A stretch of 64,000 bases of DNA from Bigelowiella natans CCMP2755 (Eukaryota > Protista > Cercozoa). Shown here piece by piece: positions 37,774 through 50,899 of this stretch. The notes under the pieces are model-generated. The model saw only the letters and a program-made list of their open reading frames with translations, was not told the DNA's origin and ran no database searches. Made by a program: the position numbers and the translations under genes. Every line of letters starts with the position of its first letter. Positions within the stretch are counted from its first letter, which is position 1. The stretch covers positions 3,693 through 67,692 of the forward strand of contig ADNK01000640.1 of assembly GCA_000320545.1 (NCBI GenBank), written 5' to 3'.

Positions 37774-38092
37774 ATGAGTAGCGGTGGCAACCAACAGGCA
37801 CAATGGGCGAGAAAAATGTCTCGCGCAATTCCAGGAAACCTGAGATTAGTCCTTGCGAACAACTCAGAACCATCCCCGTGCACAAAGGTATGATGTATTT
37901 GTCACACCGCTGCCATGAGAACGTAGTGTATCAAAATGATCAGAAGGGGGGTGACAAATTATCATCGCGTTGTGGTCGACTTGATATCCATCGTGTCTTG
38001 CTGCGGGAATGGAATGAACTGAAAATACCGTTGTTATACTTGCAGCTTTTTGATGGATTGTTCATTGGAAATAGGCACGTGTCCCAGGTACT

Positions 38093-38147
<55 letters not shown>

Positions 38148-39083
38148 GATAAGATAGACTCTCTATATTATATCTATGCGTTGCGTTTGGGTTTGTGTGT
38201 GTGTGTGTGTGTGTGTAGTATGTATGAGTGTCTATCGAGTATCTATAAAGCATCATTTTCTCCTCACTTAGGACTTCCACTTTTTGCGAATGAACAAAAT
38301 TACGCACATTGTTAATTGCTCCGGTAAAAGTTTCCGTCTATTTTAAAGAACAAATCAACACAACACAACACAACACTTACCATATAAAAAGAAAAGAAAT
38401 ATATGGGGTGCAGAGGCTTACCATGTACTCAAACATTGTCTCAGAGCATGATCACGCTACTAATTTATTGACGAAACGCATCACTATCACTACAACAGGG
38501 AACAGTATACCAAACAGAGCCTCTCGGATTGGTGTCAAGTATCTTACATTTCGCTGGACTGGATCGTCTAAGACCCAGGTTGTTAGGATATTCTCTCCTG
38601 ACCACCCCCTCTTTTTCTCCTTCTTTCCGACTCTCCTATTTTTTTGCTTCGAAGCTCTGTATGTGTTGGTAGGAAAGAGGGAGAGAGAGAGAGAGAGGAA
38701 GAAAGAGAGAGAGAGAGAGAGAAGAAAGGGAAGGAAGGAGATTGAGAGCGACGTATAGTAGGGACGGTGCAAGCTTTGACATATCTTCTCTTTACCCATT
38801 CTTATTCTTCACGCAGCTTTTCGATGGAAAGGGAACGCGGATCGGCTACTTGCAAAAGTTCATAGACGCTGGCCGCCAAAACGGAACAAGTGAGTAGTGT
38901 AGAATACCTACCACACCTTCTTTCTTTCTACGCACAAGGGGGAGGTGAGGTGGTTATTGCAAAGAAGATGTGACTCTAAATGGGGGAGAGGAAATCACGA
39001 AGGCGTGTGGAAGAATTCAAGGAACCATCGTGCAATTTTCTTAGTCGAAACGACAAGTTTTATTGAATATTTTATACGTATGT

Positions 39084-39118
<35 letters not shown>

Positions 39119-41367
39119 TTATATAACGAACAGGTGTACTAATTCACTGTGAGCATGGAAATAACCGCGCTATTGTGGCAGCTGCTGCATACCTCATGAT
39201 AAAATTTAAGTGGCCACTAAATAAGGTGGTGACAGACCGTAGTGAGTGTGAGGCATTCGTTTCATAAATCACGAAAAACATGCACATTCTCCTCTTCTCT
39301 GTTCTCTTCTGCATAGAGATGAACGCACTGATACATAAGACGTGTTTGCGCCCGTGTCTGAATTTCGTGGTTTTGTGATTGTATTCTTTGATAACTGACT
39401 TAATTTTTGTTTCTCCTTCCTCCCTGTCGAAATGTCCTCTTTTCAGTGTTTGGAGCTAATATCGTTCCATCGTTCGGAAATAAACCCGAAAGGGTATTTT
39501 CTCTCCCAGCTTGCTCAAATCCAACGGCAGCTCAAAATAGACACACCTACGCCCCAGGCGAAAGTAGGAACTAATATCTAGTAATGGTTATGTTCAATAA
39601 GGCTGGATTTCCGACTCATATACAGAATATACCTCGAATTTAAACACACACACAAACACAAACACACACGTGTAAACATGCATGACTACATGCAATTATA
39701 ACATATTTGAAGAATCTGTGGGAGCATAACTCTATCATATCACTCAGACAACCTCTTCGGAAGTAGAGCAACGATGGTAATCCCAGATGAAAATCCCATT
39801 TTTAAAGCTGACGTCATTCTAGTCAACACCGAATGTATTCCGCTAAATGACTCTTCCTGAACTCACCCCAGGATATGCGGAAAACACACACACACACACA
39901 CGCTCGCACGCATGTATATTCATCCATCATCAGGTTGGCAACTCCAACGTCTAATTTAGAGGCGACTATACAAAATACCTTTATTAACGGTAAGGCATGC
40001 ACCCACACCCGTATGGCCTCGTCGGCGTGATGATTACAGCCTATTTTAACCTGTTCCGTCAAGCTTTTGCACCTATCAATTTCGATTCTCCCACTCTTTC
40101 GTTCTGCCTTTCCCCCACTGTTTACCTTGGTTGTCGTTCTCTTTCGTGCATCTTTGCCCCTGTTTTTCTCGGTTATCATACGATAAATCGGCCCCCCTCT
40201 ATGTGTCCTCTCCCCATCCTCCGCATGCAGGGCATGTCGTATTTGACTTTGAGCCAGCTACTAGTATCGCTCGCCCTTTTGTGCATCAAAGTCCGCCGAA
40301 AAGTTTCCGAATGGGTCGGGGATCGGTCTTTAAGAGAAAGCCGAAGATGAATACTTCGATGCCACAGCAAAGTAGAGTGAAATGGCGTGACCAGAAGATT
40401 ATGGTTGTCATCACGTCTAACAGATAATACAAAATAACATGCCTGCCGACAATAAACAGCTCTAAAGGGCGATTAGTCGCTGTTAATATCCATTGTTCAC
40501 GGCAATATTTTGGCAGAAATCAATAGTGATCAAATCGGGGTGCCACTATGGTGAGTTCAAGAGCGGATCGCGGGTAAGCTTTTGCACGTCCATTCATACA
40601 AGCGCACACGCACGTGTCCACGTGCATGCTTCATATGTATTCCCCGTACATTATATGATTGTACGACTTTCCTCGTGATGTGCAGCCCCATACGCCGATA
40701 TTGCGTGGAGGTAGCGGCGTGGCAGCCACATCATCATCCTTTGCTTCGGAACCTGCTGCGCCAAAGGCGGCAGTTAGGCCATCAACCCCAAAAGATTCTG
40801 TCAAGGTTTCCAGCAAGTGGAAGCCGCCAACTCTCAACATTCAATCTCCAGAGATTAAAAGAATCAGAGACTTCTCGCATAACAACAGCAACTGCCACCC
40901 TTTTGAGCCAAGGATGAAGCGGGTACTTGCACAGCATCACGCCCGATTCCCTTGGCTATAGTGCGGACGTAGCTTCAAACATTTGCCTTCGCCTGGCGCA
41001 CAGACTAGTCACACTTTGCTGAATGTTATCGAATTAATCAGGTCCAAACACCGATGCAAATAAAGTCAAGGAGCTTCACACCCATGAGGAAGAAGCAGCT
41101 CCAACCGATTAGCTTAACGCCTGAATTCGACCAGAGCGACAAGCAGAGCTCATCCTCGCCAGTGGTCTCAATGACCAACCTCACCCCCCCTCCTCTCTTC
41201 ATCGATGAGGGGGTGATGGTTGAAGGTGATCGAGTCACCGAGAAAGAACCCGTGAGGCCATCAACTCCTTTTTCATTAAAGACATATGCCGATCGTGCAG
41301 CCAGAGCGATAAATGACCGTTCTCCGCGCACACAAATTCCCTTGAGCGCTAGGTATATATATTTATA

Positions 41368-41422
<55 letters not shown>

Positions 41423-42881
41423 CATACAGTACTTGCTTGCGCATAGAGGACGATTGAACAAATCAATCCGCGTAAATAAAACTTTGAATTTTGTAAGTTT
41501 ATGTGCGGGGGTGTGTGAGTTTGTTATTGTATCTTCATCTCTCGATACTCAATATGTTGGTGATAATTTTGGAAACGCCATTCTTAGGCATTCCGCTCGT
41601 AATAGCAGCCGCCGACCTTCCAGGAGGTGTTATTTGCATGATACATATATTATGTCTGCGTGTGCGTGTGTGTAAATTTTACATACTTACGTTCTTGTTC
41701 GACGATTGTTCGTATACCTCTACAGCCGTATGACGATGTCCTGGGAGCTAAAGCCAAGTAAGGGGGAGAACGGTGTTGGGCGAGGGGAGAGAGTCAGAGA
41801 AACCAGATGTAATAGAGTGTCCCATCGAAACAGTTTAGAATTTGGACAGAAACCTCTTTTTCTCTCTCTCTTCAGGCAGTAACAAGTCTATAGAGTCCAA
41901 ACCGATCAGGAAGAAGCCGACAACAACAGAAAAAATTAGATATTCTAGTTCAGAGCTAAGTAAAATGACCGAGGCCACAAATGGGTCCATGAGGTATTGT
42001 TATATTAGCATAGCATGCTCGTTGTGGTTACACCCGTGTAGGGATGGTGGTGATGATAGCTGGCGATGTACGTTGCCACGATGATGAAGCAGAATCACCG
42101 CCTTGAGGTGGCCTCGTGCGACTCTATCCTTCTTGCTCGCTCAATTTCTTACGCGAGCGTTCTTTTGATATCAGCCCGTCTTTGTTAAGACTTAAATATT
42201 CAAAAGTCCATAGGAACGATTTAGCGCCCAGGTATGAGTCGAAAGTCCTCCAACCAAGTCAAAGAACAATGCGATGATGATGATGATGATGATGATGTGA
42301 ACGATTGACAATGATCTAGTTCGAAATCTATAACTCTTGATACAGTAATTCCAAATACTTCCATGTGCCCTTGTCCCTCACGTCTCGGGTGGAATGGCTA
42401 GTCTAATTCATCATCATGAAATGCGTTGTCAGGCTTACGCCCCAGTCGGGGAGACGGGCCCAAGTGCGATGTAGATCTCGCATTGCGCCCATGAATAGCA
42501 GAATGGCGATAAGGTCTAAACATCCCCCTCCCCTCCCCGCTTTCTTGCTTCTTGGTCTTCATGTTTCAAGACCTTCTGACGACATTTTAGAGCAGGAATG
42601 AGTGCTTGTGTGATGAATGTATTTGATACTCTTCCCATTCCCCACTTTTCCCGGTCGCAATTTGTTGCCACAGAATCGATCAAACCGATGTTCATTCCTC
42701 TGAGATGGGCTTCCCCAGTGGAACCTCCTTCTCACTGACCTCTGCTCGATTGGGAGGTGTCCAGAGCAGAAAGAATGGCGGTGGTAGCGGCATAAGCGCC
42801 AGAAAGATCAGTTCTGTTCATGGCAGCGGCAAGAAAGGCCGCCAACGTCTAGGGTTCGCTTTCCGCTCCCCGAGGAAATGA
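37774..42881 (+). CDS. Dual-specificity protein phosphatase with long Ser/Pro/basic C-terminal tail (multi-exon)
   Basis: LFDGLFIGN, D..FL..NKITHIVNCS, GVKYL, KFIDAG, VLIHCEHGNNRA (intact CX5R, ~39135-39170), AAAYLM..KW, R..INP..YFLSQL. The 3' exons and stop codon are approximate. Confidence 0.85.
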
Positions 42882-42989
42882 CAGCAGAGCAAAACGTTCA
42901 CCACTTCCTGAAATCCAGGCTTGCAACGGAGACGCAGCAGCAATGAATCGGGAAAATAAAAGGATAGGAAGATAGATCGCAATGCGAGA

Positions 42990-43990
42990 CCAGAGGTTTC
43001 ATGACAGCACACACATGCTGATGTGGTATTTCCACCTACATGCAGTTGTTCTCTATTCAATTTGAGTGCTCTCATGTTGAGACACCAGCTTTAGCTGTGT
43101 TTGCAGGATGGTGATTTGTGAACATGATCATGTTTGGCACGATAACACGCATATAGTCTATTCATCTGTTTCTACGTGCCCTCCATGCATCGTGTGGATG
43201 TGCGCGAGCTTTCTTGCTGCACAGCAATTCTAACATTTGCGACAGCAGGATCCATCGTGCAGTGATGCTGACACAGGTGATGATGCATGCTAGCATGGCC
43301 CATCGTGCTTGTTGGCAGCTACAATGCGCGTGTTGCCACTTGCACGCACATGACGGTGATCCATGCATGATAGACATGCAATACACAACACATGCCAGCA
43401 CGCTAGCGTGTCTGATGACCGGCTCCAGCAGGCAGCTAGCTAGCTAGGGCGTCCTAGCTAGCGTCCACAATTGTGCCATCGATCATGTCGCATTGATTTG
43501 GCTGACTTCACAGCCACGCACGCATGTAGCACTTGCTAGTGTGGCTAGTGCGCAAGCAAAGAACTTCAACGTGCCATCGACGTTCTTGCATTGTGCAATT
43601 GGCACAAGCATGACTTGCCGATTGGTCGATCATCTCGGGTCGATCGTTCGGATCTCTGATCTCCCTGGTTAGCTGGGGACTTTGTTTTTCAAGTGCTTGG
43701 TTTTGGCAACGACCACGCGACGTGCACGTTCTTCCAGTGCCTCTGAGTCGAGCACTCCGGACGCACCGCAGCAAGGTTTTCAAAGGTGATGCGTGCCTGC
43801 GTGATTCATCGTCACCCAAACGGATCAAGCATCTCTGCTACAACATTGCTCCTACTCACCGTGGTTCGTTGGCAAGCTCCAGTGCTACCATGTAGGAGTA
43901 GTCACTGCTCACACAGGGCCACTGATGGGGCTGCTCACACCTTGGCCAGTGCTCTCCGTCACCGGCAGCAGGGCCTTTGTGAACGAGTGA
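42990..43990. other. TpA-depleted (hypermutated) intergenic patch
   Basis: Rich in CA/TG (catgcatg, tgcacgcacatg); many of the surviving TAs are in CTAG (GCTAGCTAGCTAG at ~43434). Confidence 0.65.
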
Positions 43991-44456
43991 GAGATTTCTC
44001 GGGATTTGATTCTTCATAATCAGGAAGAATTCATTTGTCGCAGGAAAAAAACGGCCTATTAATTTCACCATCCTCTGCAGCAGCCGTTGTCAGCTCCTTC
44101 CGAAACACACACAGCATCGAACACGGGGGCCTCGGTGGCGCAGTGACCCGAGCTGCTTTGCCTGTGGATCGGGGTCAGGTTGGCTTGGGGGGGAGGCACG
44201 AGGTGTCAATCCCCCAGGCGGCTCATAGGGGGGAAAATCGCGTTGGATGTGGCGCCCGGCCTGTGTTCTTGTTTTCCTGCTTTGCCATCATTGCGAGTGA
44301 GCTAGGTCGGTAATTTCTCCAACCCCCCCCCCCCCCCTGTTCTTTATCAAACGTCTGATCAATAAATGGCAGGTCGATATCACCTCTCCTTCGACGTGTC
44401 AAGAGGGCAGGAGCGTCTGCGAGGATCATTATCGAGGAGGAGGGGGGTTCAAAAGG

Positions 44457-45185
44457 ATGGAGCGGGACCGGAAATCACCACCAGCAGTGGCAGGGTTGCA
44501 GATGCGTAGAACGTCGTGTGTTGTTTCCTCTCGATTCCGAACCATTTTTCCACGGGAATAGTAATAATCTGGATGTTTAGATGCTTGTTGAGATGATGTT
44601 CGTGCCTAAATTCTACTACTACTTACTACTACTACTACTCCTGCTACTATTTGGTATTTAAAGGCTTCCCTCCATGCCTTGAATGCGACGACGACCCAAA
44701 AGCAGGGTAGTGAGAAAAGGGGGAGGGCGCTTGCGGAAGCGCTGGAGCGTTACATTCGCCAGGTACAGAGTGCGGTGGTCCGCAAACAATTATATAACGG
44801 CGATATTTATGAAAACAATCTCCAGTACCACACCCTATGCACACACGCTCCAAGCATTTGTCCAAGTGCTCGGAGATCCTGCATTTACAAATACATTACT
44901 AGTTGTAAGCATGCCAACGTGGCATCTTCGGTGATAACCCCGCCATTACAAATGAATGTGAGATGAGTTAATGGGGGGCATGTATGGGATATCCTGCAGA
45001 GCATGGCCGAGGAAGGAATTGACCAGGAGGATGAACTTCAAAACGAGGACGGGAAGAGGGACGGAGGACTAGCAATGGCCAAGAAAAACAACGACTTCAT
45101 AAAGAATATGTGTAAAAATCTCATCAATGGATGTGCTGCGGGTAGAATATTTTGTAGCATAGCACGTGTATGTATGTATGGATGC

Positions 45186-45233
<48 letters not shown>

Positions 45234-45551
45234 GTGTGTGTGTGTGTGTGTTTGTCTGTGTGTGATGGGGACGGGGGCAAAATATCGTGGTATTGGCAAC
45301 ATTGATACTCCTTAAAATTTCTTTTCATATTATAAGCTATGGAAGACTTATTTCACACCCTGCTGCTTCTTTCTTTTTTTATTTATCAGCTACATGTGAC
45401 ACTCTATTTGATGACGATAGCAGCTGCAATGAAGGGAAAGCTCTGACAACTGGTGCATCTACAGGATTTTCTAGAGCATGTTTGTGAGCACCATTACTTG
45501 ATACGGATGAATAAGGAGAAACGGTGTTAAATAAAAGTATTCTTTATGTGT

Positions 45552-45627
<76 letters not shown>

Positions 45628-46013
45628 GATCAGATTATGATAACGGCCATTTCTCTAACACTTCCAGGGAGGGAGGTCAAGGGACTTCAGTGGCGCCGCG
45701 ATAACGAGCCTTGGACCCTCACTTGGGACGAAATGCAGGCAATTTGTTTCATCACGATGCCGTCGTCTACATTATAAATCAAGCCGTGAATTCTTCCCAT
45801 ATGAAGGGTTTTGTATGGGTGTTGATTCGATTGTTTTCATGTCCATCTGTGCGTAGTAGCGGTGCGTGCTTAGAATTTCAATCATCGCTGCGCCGCATCG
45901 TGCACTGCATGGCCATCATATGCGGCGTTGTTTTCTTAGGGGGATTGGGGAAAAGTAGCAGGAACGCATCCGTCGGAATGGGTATACACATGATTATGAT
46001 AATCATATAAATT

Positions 46014-46062
<49 letters not shown>

Positions 46063-47325
46063 GAATTAAACGTAATTCCAAACCTCTTTCTTCTTCTCCC
46101 ATTCGAACGTATATCTGTAAGCTGCATTAATAGTCCAAAGTCATAAGTGTTATAGCTTTTCGTAGCAATGATAAGACCCGCTGGAATCGCCGCGATCATT
46201 CTTCTTCTTCTTCTTCTTCTTCTTCTTCTTTTTCCCCTTTAAGGAGCTTCATTTTCCGAGGAGGCGGGACTCGCACGACTCTACCGACACATGTAGTAGG
46301 AACATTATGCCAGTTGCTGCAGGAGACATCGCTAGCAAGGAATGATGCTAGTAGGGGGGGGGGAGTGTCGCCACCAATAGCATCAACATCATGCTTAGCA
46401 TTCACAAGCACAAACACGCACATGCACGCGCGCACGCACTCTCACGAACTCGCATGATTCTTATGTGTGTAAGTAAATGTGAGACATTTTTGCAAGGTCA
46501 CTCTCCAGATCTTTTGTGAATGTGGCATTTTGCTGAAACAAGTTCTGACGATGATTCTGCCATGTCCTCCCCCCCCTCCCCGCTATCTCTGTTATTTATT
46601 TGTCCTCACGCGCGTGTACGAATTAATACGATACGTGTCGGATGTAAGCTGTGAGGGAAGAAAGGTTTCCTGAGCTGCCTCCCGAGTCGTTCCCAGAGAA
46701 TTGGCAAGGGAGAGACAACAACAACAACAACAACAATAACAATAACGACAACAACTGCGGGAATAAAATAAAGAAGCAGAGGAGGAATCACCCCCCAAGG
46801 TGAGAGTATAGTATATATACCCTTAATGTGAATTTCGTTGCAACTGGTGAAATGTGAAGAAGTGATTGGCGATAACCCAGTCTACCATACTGATTACAAA
46901 GAAGATACATATATGGATTGCAATTTATACTTAGTACACCATATCTGTGATAGGGAGGTTGTCTACGAGCAGCGACAACTGGCAAGGTACCTGTGGCTCC
47001 AACCCCACTCCGTCATCCTCGTCGTCGTCATAAGGAATAGGACGAAACTCGTCGTCCCCTCCCTTTTAGGATGCGTGTTTTTCAGAGAGAGAGAGAGAGA
47101 GAGAGGGGGGGTGGGGGGGGGGAATACGCATTTTCACAAATTATGGCACAGCGACAAAATAGTAATTAAAAGCAACGATAATAACCTCACAACCCCATTA
47201 TCCCCCTTCTTTACTTTTGGCCTGGATGATGAGCAGGCAGATGAACTTTGAGAAACGGAAAGCTCAGGTAGCAAGTATCTTTGTGTTGTGCTGCGATACT
47301 TGCGCCACCAGCAATAGCCAAAGAC

Positions 47326-47377
<52 letters not shown>

Positions 47378-47669
47378 GTATATAATTATATCCGACATAT
47401 TCTTCACTCCGATCTCAACACAACACATGTAGGGTTTCTACTGCTCCATTTGCGATGTTGCCTTTACACGGGAAAACGACGTCCAAGAACACAACGAGTA
47501 GTGGCATTAGGCGCAGTGTTAGTAATAGGAATAGTGCGAGGGAAGCAAGCGGGGGAGGACAGTGAAAGTTGCATCATCGAAGAAGTGTGAGGCATACAAA
47601 AGATCTGTGCATTGCTGCTTGACCCCTACTCCTCATCCTCGCTGTACGCAACTCATCCATTCCACAATG

Positions 47670-47707
<38 letters not shown>

Positions 47708-48620
47708 CGAAGAGGACGGCGGCATCGATCCAAGACAGAACCGTAAAGCATCATCACTATGACAGTATCTTACACACATATAGCCATGCCATGAAGGACT
47801 GTCGTTCCTTGATCTATGCTCACAAATAGTAACAAATCGACGCATCATCGCGTATGAAAGAACAAAAGTTTTGCTCCTTCCTAAGATGGAATGTGTGTGG
47901 TTGCCTGCCAGATATTGCTTGCCCTGTGACAAGTTCTTCACGAGTGATGCCCAGTTGGAGGAGCACAAGTATGTATGTATGTATGTATGTATGTGCGTAC
48001 GTATGCATGCGTGTATGTGTGTTTGTATACATACAGGAAAGAAAAGACTGTATGATATTTCGAGGAGAGAGGGAGGCGTTCTCTGAAACACCGATGATCT
48101 CAAAAAAAGAAAGATGACTTGGATATTTACGTATCGTTGAGACTGCTGTCTACACAATTCAACGAAGTTTGATAATTTTATTTTACCTCTTCTTACGCTC
48201 TCGATCCCCATCACCAAGCATCAGCTATTCTCTTGCTACATCTACTCAGGAAGGGCTCTAAGCATCGTAGTGCCGAGGCCATAGCAGCGGCAAATCCACG
48301 GGCAAAATATCGGAAGAGACCGGTTGTCATTTCTGTGCCACTTTTCATTGTATTCCCCGGCAGGGAGGGTAGAATCATCTACATTCTGAAAGCCATATGG
48401 TGTGAAACTGCCAAAGAACTACAAGGCTACATTCTACATACTAATCAAAACTTCTCAACTTTGCTTTATGCAAGATATCTGATTTTGTTCTAATCCATTT
48501 CGTCGATTAATGGGAGACTGGCAAAGGATCTTGAATTTCTATTTAATTCCCTCTTCAACCTTTGTTGGATTATGTCAGAAATTTCGGCAGGGGCTGGGCG
48601 CTAGCGGGGAGAAAGTGTAA
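44457..48620 (+). CDS. Multi-exon protein with C-terminal C2H2 (U1/matrin-like) zinc fingers
   Basis: Exons FYCSICDVAFTRENDVQEH (~47435-47495), YCLPCDKFFTSDAQLEEH (~47912-47968) and GSKH (~48253). Upstream exons e.g. MAEEGIDQEDELQ.., REVKGLQWRRDNEPWTLTWDEMQ. Start and stop are uncertain. Confidence 0.55.
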
Positions 48621-49680
48621 CACAGGATCATCGCGGGTCCTCAGTCGTTGTTACAATCTCAGATTTGTCAACTCTGTATTCGCATGCACATGGTGACAGT
48701 CTGCCTATAATTTGCCTTACAGGGTATTGTTGGGGATCTCGTAGAAAATAGAAATATTTTTGCAGTGGTTCCTTGTTCAACTAGTCAAGCTCAATGTCGT
48801 GCATGTCGATTGTGCATGCTGCATTGCACACAGAAGCAACGACTGCTGTGCTTGCTTGATGCTGTGCAATTCATCATGGCGTTGCAAACAACTCATGCAA
48901 ATTGCATGCGTTTGCTGAGGACACCGTGCTCGCAAGTTGCAGGTTTCCCCCTCTCGATTTGTCTAGTTGTCTTGAAGAGACACCTGTTCATTTGATGATT
49001 TTGTGTGTGCACCATTGGTGTGCTTTCCAAGCTAGCAAGCAACATGCACTTGATGAAGAAGACACACATCTGTTTGGTCTCACCCCAATGTCATGTGGTT
49101 GAAGGAATGACAAGACATGGAGAGAACGAACGAATGAAGTGATGCAGACTGCAAAGAATTGCAAGAATGAGACAATGAGAAGTGACAGCTTTGCGCGCGC
49201 GCGCCTGCGCACACACATGTTGCATGTGGCCGCCAACAACCTGCTGGCGTGCCACACGAGCGCTGTTTTCTTGAGACCAGCAAGCAGTGCCGTGGTGATG
49301 CTGTGATGCTTGCACTCTGATCATCATGAGCATTGTTCACTTGCGTGCTTGCGTGGGTGCACGGCTGTCTAGCTGCAGCTAGCTAGCTGAACGGCAGTGA
49401 TCACCGTCGTCATGTGCGCCTCGCGCACACGGCTAGATGATGGACATGGCAACAGCATGCACAACACACGTGTGATGTCAAGCTACAGCAAGTGTCCATG
49501 ATCTAGCAATTGACTTGCAATCGCCAATGGGAGCTCATGCTACACAAGTCGACACGCCATCACACAAGACTCTGCGGCGTGTGCGTGCACAACGAGCTGA
49601 AGTGTTGCTCCGCGTTCAAACATTGCTAGATTGTGCAAGCAGTGACACTAGCTCGATGCAACAACACCACCGTGCCACGT

Positions 49681-49784
49681 GAACAATTGACAATGATGAT
49701 GAAATGCATTTCCAAGCTGTTGCAAGATGTTTGCAGTGTGCGAAACGCAGTGCCTCGAACTGACTTCAGTGAGGTCTAACTGGT
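49681..49784 (+). repeat. Dispersed ~100-bp repeat, copy B
   Basis: Matches 32731-32828 and 50151-50250; hairpin CCTC-GA-ACTG-ACTT-CAGT-GAGG followed by TCTAACTGGT. Confidence 0.7.
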
Positions 49785-49867
49785 GAAACCAGAATTGTTC
49801 AAGAACGGCATTCTGGCCATCGAGGAGCTTGGAGATCTCCTTTTGGGACTGTGAGATCTCCTTCTAG

Positions 49868-50015
49868 GAACAATGAACAATGAACAATGAACAATGAACA
49901 ATGAACAATGAACAATGAACAATGAACAATGAACAATGAACAATGAACAATGAACAATGAACAATGAACAATGAACAATGAACAATGAACAATGAACAAT
50001 GAACAATGAACAATG
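49868..50015 (+). repeat. Perfect heptamer tandem repeat (GAACAAT) x ~21
   Basis: Read directly from the sequence. Confidence 0.95.
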
Positions 50016-50150
50016 AATGAACATTGATGCAAAGCCACACGAGCTAGACGAGTGAGAACCACATGGGAGACGTGCACAAACACGTGGCAGCGCCTCAGCA
50101 AAAATCATTGCGAGGACTTGTCAGCACCCCATTGGTGTTGAACAAGAACA

Positions 50151-50250
50151 AGAACAATGATGACGAACTACATTTCCAAAATGTTGCAAGACATTTGCAG
50201 TGTGCGAAATGTAGTGCCTCGAACTGGCTTCAGTGAGGACTGTGACTAGC
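50151..50250 (+). repeat. Dispersed ~100-bp repeat, copy C
   Basis: Matches copies A and B; hairpin followed by ACTGTGACTAG. Confidence 0.7.
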
Positions 50251-50899
50251 AAATCAACTAGCTGAAACTCAGCCAGCAAGTAACTGACTTTGCTAACACA
50301 ACAATTCCACAACAACACCACCATGATGAAATTTAGCCGACATTTTCCATCTGCGACTTGAAGATGGTGTTTCCATGCTTCTAATTCTTCCAATGCTCAC
50401 CAGGAGAGGCAGGAGACAGGAGAGGAAACTCCAAACAAAACATAAACACCCTGTTACTGACGGTCACTTGACGCCAGTGACGGATAATGACATGGATAAT
50501 TCTTATTTTCGAAGATAATGTCCGTTTTCGTTGCCTCAGTATTTCCGATTTCGTTATTTGTCACCATTTGACGAGCCATTCCTCAAAATTCGGATTATGT
50601 TTATGTCGCAGTTGGAAGAAATAAGGTATTTATGTAAAAACGGATGTAGGCACGGAATCTCGGTAGTATTGATTTCGATCATGTCTGCGATCACTTCCTG
50701 ATCGGGTTCATCCCCGTCCCAAGAGGTGCACACAGGATGAACACCAAGAGGAGGATGGCATCGGATCTGTCTGGACCAGCATGCTGCATAAGATTAGTTG
50801 TAGGAATGGCACTGCTGTTTCATGCGGCCGCTCTGCAACCGGAGAAGGAAATAATTACGGTTTGATGATTCTTCGAATAGCGCATGATTCAGATGTCCA

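Larger units (their letters stand above)
48765..50420. other. TpA-depleted (hypermutated) intergenic patch containing repeats
   Basis: Few TAs outside CTAG/CTA/TAG over ~1.6 kb. Confidence 0.7.

Noticed and set aside
49776-50108. ORFs with (HCSLFIV)n
   Set aside because: Translation of the heptamer repeat.
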